Assembly (NCBI GenBank): GCA_002269645.1
Contig: NIVC01001723.1
Span: 25,844 to 89,843, forward strand
Direction: 5' to 3'
Source: Macrostomum lignano
Taxonomy: Eukaryota
Length of the DNA: 64,000 bases
The notes beneath the pieces are model-generated. The model did not search any database. It worked only from the letters and a program-made list of their open reading frames with translations, and was not told the origin of the DNA. The position numbers were made by a program, and so were the translations under genes. Below are positions 62,159 through 64,000 of the stretch, piece by piece (position 1 is the stretch's first letter; every line of letters begins with the position of its first letter).

Positions 62159-64000
62159 GACTCCGAAGAAGCCGTAGCAGCCGGCTGTTCCGTGGCCTGC
62201 ACGGCCACTCTGGAGCGCCTGGATCCGCGCCTCGGCTCCGTACAGCACAGCCGACGAATCACCGGCTGCCAGCTGACTTTGCAGCGCGACAGTCACGGCG
62301 AGCTGCGCCTGCGCCTAGCGGCCAAGACGCACTCAGCAAATTTAAGCGCTAAAGGCGTTGTCATCTTTAAGAAATTCTGGCGCGAAGGCAAATGCACGCT
62401 CCGTTTGCCCAGCGAATCCGCACAGCTGCTGCTGTCCAACTGTCCGGTTGATCGGCTGGCCGACTTTCTCAAACTGCTGTTTGTTAAGCAGCAGTGCGCT
62501 GCTAGCAGGCAGCAGCGGGCCGCTCCGCTGCGCCAGCTGCAGCAGCACCGACAGCCAGCGCTGCCGCAGGCTGAGACCGACATCAGCCCAGTGTCCGCTG
62601 CGGACTTGGCCGCCGTGCGGGCAAGGCAGGCTGCTGCTGCTGCTGCTGCTGCTGCCGCTGGCAGTGCGGCCTCGACCGCCACCACGCCTCAGCGGCTGCA
62701 GCGGAAGCGGCCCGCTGTTGCGCCTGCGGCATCTGCTGCCGCCACCGCCGCCATGCTGCAACTGCGCGGCTTTCGGCCGGCGGGGGAACTCCGCCTAGCT
62801 TGAAGGTAAGGGCGCCAGCCTCCCAGATCCCCAGTTGCTAGGCCAGCCTCCCAGATCCCCAGTTGCTGGGCCAGCCTCCCAGATCCTCAGTTGCTAGGCC
62901 AGCCTCCCAGATCCCCAGTTGCTAGGCCAGCCTCCCAGATCCCCAGTTGCTGTTCCAGCCTCCCAGATTCCCAGTTGCTGTCAGCCTCCCAGATCCTCAG
63001 TTGCTGGGCCAGCCTCCCAGATCATCAGTTGCTGGCCAGCCTCCCAATCCCAGTTGCTGGCCAGCCTCTCACAGTGTCAGTTGCTGGGCCAGCCTCCCAG
63101 ATCCTCAGTTGCTGGGCCAGCCTCTCAGATCCTCAGTTGCTGGGCCAGCCTCCCAGATCCCAGTTGCTGGGCCTGAGTGGGCCAGCCTCTCAGAGAGTCA
63201 GTTGCTGGGCCAGCCTCCCAGATCCCAGTTGCTGGGCCTGAGTGGGCCAGCCTCTCAGAGAGTCAGTTGCTGGGCCAGCCTCTCAGATCCTCAGTTGCTG
63301 GGCCAGCCTCCCAGATCCTCAGTTGCTGGGCCAGCCTCTCAGATCCTCAGTTGCTGGGCCAGCCTCCAAGAACCCCAGTTGCTGGGCCAGCTCCAGATCC
63401 TCAGTTGCTGGGCCAGCCTCCCAGATCCTCAGTTGCTGGGCCAGCCTCTCAGATCCTCAGTTGCTGGGCCAGCCTCTAAGAACCCCAGTTGCTGGCCAGC
63501 CTCCCAGATCCTCAGTTGCTGGGCCAGTTACCCAGATCCCTAGTTGCTGGGCCAGCCTCCAAGATCCCAGTTGCTGGGCCAGCCTCCCAGATCCTCAGTT
63601 GCTGGGCCAGCCTCCCAGATCCTCAGTGGCTGGGCCAGCCTCCCAGATCCTCAGCAAACAATCAGCCATAACCAATCCGATCCGTTCCCAGGGCCCCCGT
63701 CTCGACCTGCTGTCGTCGCCGCTGTCCGCCCCCGGGCCAGCACGCGCTGACTGAGGAGCAGGCCGCGGTGCTGGACGCAGTCCGCAGCGGAGTGTCGGTG
63801 TTCTACACCGGCTCGGCGGGCACTGGCAAGTCGGGTGCTGCTTCAGCCGATCGTCGGCATGCTGCCACCTGACCGCACAGTGGTCTCCGCCAGCACCGGG
63901 AGTGGCCGCCTGTCAATCGGCGCGCCAGACGCTGCACAGCTTCGCCGGCGTCGGCGACGGCTCCGGCGGTATCGAGCGCTGCGTATCCCGCGCCGCCAGC
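62159..64000 (+). CDS. PIF1: PIF1 5'-3' DNA helicase, partial (exons about 62159..62805 and 63655..>64000), several apparent indels, start codon not found
   Basis: N-terminal domain IFKKFWREGKCTLRL...QLLLSNCPVDRLADFL; helicase LTEEQAAVLDAVRSGVSVFYTGSAGTGKS, then (with indels) SASTGVAA...TLHSFAGVGDG. Confidence 0.85.
62810..63654. repeat. About 28-bp minisatellite forming almost the whole PIF1 intron
   Basis: GGCCAGCCTCCCAGATCCTCAGTTGCTG with variants. Confidence 0.95.

Noticed and set aside
62947-63754. ORFs of PASQILSCWASL type
   Set aside because: Translations of the PIF1 intron minisatellite.
47143-64000. Operon-like run of same-strand genes LSG1-APMAP-PIF1
   Set aside because: Intergenic gaps are 1.6-2.6 kb and filled with repeats; nothing in the sequence shows polycistronic transcription.

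Overview
Eukaryotic (metazoan) genomic DNA with GC-rich exons, AT-rich spacers and a different minisatellite in most introns. The style suggests a free-living flatworm such as Macrostomum, which is inference only. Host genes I could assemble by hand from GT-AG phases are two tandem GLD-2/TENT2-type poly(A) polymerases, PRPF38A, a VGAT/SLC32-like transporter, two near-identical PAN + C-type lectin genes, a tetraspanin, an SLC7 cationic amino acid transporter, LSG1, APMAP and a partial PIF1. Mobile DNA comprises a decayed, intron-containing tyrosine-recombinase (Crypton-type) element antisense in the intron of the first GLD-2 gene, three tRNA-derived SINEs, a BEL/Pao fragment, two hAT-type MITEs, a Merlin derivative, a mariner relic and a long foldback. 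The strongest leads are: (1) three cleanly spliced exons encoding a chromodomain with an intact aromatic cage at the 5' end of the recombinase element; (2) five RFX X-box motifs inside the coding N-terminus of GLD-2 copy 1; (3) mosaic homogenisation of the GLD-2 and lectin duplicates. All alignments and counts were done by eye, and no database was searched.
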